Shown one piece after another: positions 62,832 through 64,000 of a stretch of 64,000 bases of DNA (the first letter of the stretch is position 1; every line of letters begins with the position of its first letter). The DNA comes from Microthyrium microscopicum (taxonomy: Eukaryota), in contig MU004241.1 of the NCBI GenBank assembly GCA_010405405.1, positions 372,001 through 436,000 on the forward strand. The letters run 5' to 3'. The translations under genes and the position numbers were made by a program. The notes beneath the pieces are model-generated. The model did no database searches and was not told the origin of the DNA. It saw only the letters and a list, made by a program, of their open reading frames with translations.

Positions 62832-63920
62832 TCAGTGGTAATGAATTCCCAAAAGCTGAAAAGCCAGGCCTGAACCACGCTTGTTTCGTGGACGCAGGAA
62901 TTTCACGCCGTACTTGTATTCATTCAAATGGTGAAATCGATGCTGGATAGGGAATATATTGCCCTCTAGCCCCTTCTCGTCGAATATTTGCCGCGCCTCG
63001 TCCTGGATGTAGGCCAAAGCGTGCCACATTGCGGTTTCCATAACTTTAGGTTTTGTTACATAGCTTTCCCGGGTTGAATGTTTGAGGATTGTGCCAATGT
63101 TATCCTTCGCCGACCATAGCAGTGCAATGGCAAAATCTTTCAGATGGTTTTTATCACCTAGAGACCATGCAGCCGCAAATAGCCATGCGAATGTATCAAA
63201 GTCATTGGTCACCCAATATGGATCTTCCATTGCTCTCAAAGGCAGTGAGAGCATCCCAGCATTCGGAGCTGAATCGGGAAGTGCAAGACCGTAAAATAAC
63301 TGCGTATGGAGGTCGTTGCTGTATAGATTCAGCCACTGGACGATATCATCGAACAACAATTGCAGCTGTCCGGAACGTTGGAGACTTGGAAGCGCTATGT
63401 AGTAGTCCGCTAGCTCGACGACTTCGAAAAGTAGCTGCCCGGTAATTCGGAAATGTTGGCACTTTAGGTCGACATAGCCATGCAGTATTTGCATGAACAG
63501 AATTAGCGCGTCGAAGGGAACATCTAGACAGCTGATAACCGGCATAGTAGTGAGTAGTGGAACGGGAAGTGCTGGGTCTACTTCTGCTGCCGAAACAACT
63601 TGGGCTGGTTTCCATCTTTTGGCCACTCCGCCGTCTAGATAGCGACGGAAGTATTCAGAGGTGCGCTTCAGAACTTTCGAATCCACTAAAAGCATTGGGG
63701 GAATCTGAATTGGCCCCTGTGTCTCTGGTTTCTCTGATGTTTGTGTTACCCCTGATGTGTCTGTTGTTTCTGATAAATGTGATATGGCCGATGTGTCTGA
63801 CGTATCTGACTCCCATATGAAGAGACCTTCCAGCAGGCAATCCATATTGAGTAGGAGGATCACATCTCCACCAGTGTCCCGGGGTATCGTGTAGGCTTGG
63901 CTAACACGAATTTCCGACAT
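62832..63920 (-). CDS. BTB/POZ-domain protein (362 aa to the first stop; frame may extend to 62352)
   Basis: ATG 63920. LLVDSKVLKRTSEYF, DVPFDALILFMQILHG and LLFEVVELADYY match the fungal BTB pattern. Confidence 0.7.
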   Translation of the reverse strand: MSEIRVSQAYTIPRDTGGDVILLLNMDCLLEGLFIWESDTSDTSAISHLSETTDTSGVTQTSEKPETQGPIQIPPMLLVDSKVLKRTSEYFRRYLDGGVAKRWKPAQVVSAAEVDPALPVPLLTTMPVISCLDVPFDALILFMQILHGYVDLKCQHFRITGQLLFEVVELADYYIALPSLQRSGQLQLLFDDIVQWLNLYSNDLHTQLFYGLALPDSAPNAGMLSLPLRAMEDPYWVTNDFDTFAWLFAAAWSLGDKNHLKDFAIALLWSAKDNIGTILKHSTRESYVTKPKVMETAMWHALAYIQDEARQIFDEKGLEGNIFPIQHRFHHLNEYKYGVKFLRPRNKRGSGLAFQLLGIHYH

Positions 63921-64000
63921 TTTGGAAGAACTAGATGCGAGGCAAGTGTGACGAGAATGAGGGGTTTGAGTAGCAAGATTTGTCAAGTTTTGCTGCCTTC

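Noticed and set aside
62352..62834. Genome-wide stop-codon reassignment to explain the BTB read-through
   Set aside because: Conserved genes here terminate normally at TGA (PKS, methyltransferase) and TAG (Rab, GH36, ubp2).

Overview
Filamentous ascomycete (Pezizomycotina) nuclear DNA with short GT-AG introns (about 45-60 bp). Left: the edge of a secondary-metabolite cluster, with an FAD-dependent salicylate-hydroxylase-like monooxygenase and a complete non-reducing PKS (SAT-KS-AT-PT-ACP-ACP-TE). Positions 12.6-32.7 kb: an AT-rich island made of two full-length, independently inserted, heavily RIP-mutated copies of one Ty3/Gypsy LTR retrotransposon (152-bp LTRs, TSDs GTGAG and TGTAG), which appears to carry an extra antisense ORF. 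Right: a LaeA-like methyltransferase, an MBL-fold protein, a Ser/Thr-rich secreted protein, a secreted His/Met-motif protein, Cox20-like, two tandem F-box paralogs, a conserved hypothetical, Ubp2, a Rab5-family GTPase, Sac1, GH36 and a BTB-domain gene. Top leads: (1) three unusually long, hairpin-forming introns in the ubp2 gene, two of which share a 21-nt sequence and a 19-nt quasi-palindromic repeat (candidate intronic milRNA/structured-RNA cluster); (2) a BTB gene whose frame continues about 160 codons through three stops (TGA, TGA, TAG), each one A-to-G change from TGG (candidate editing-rescued gene, or a young pseudogene); (3) the antisense cargo ORF and an extended tRNA-iMet-like PBS in the retroelement. 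All exon boundaries and base pairings were derived by eye.
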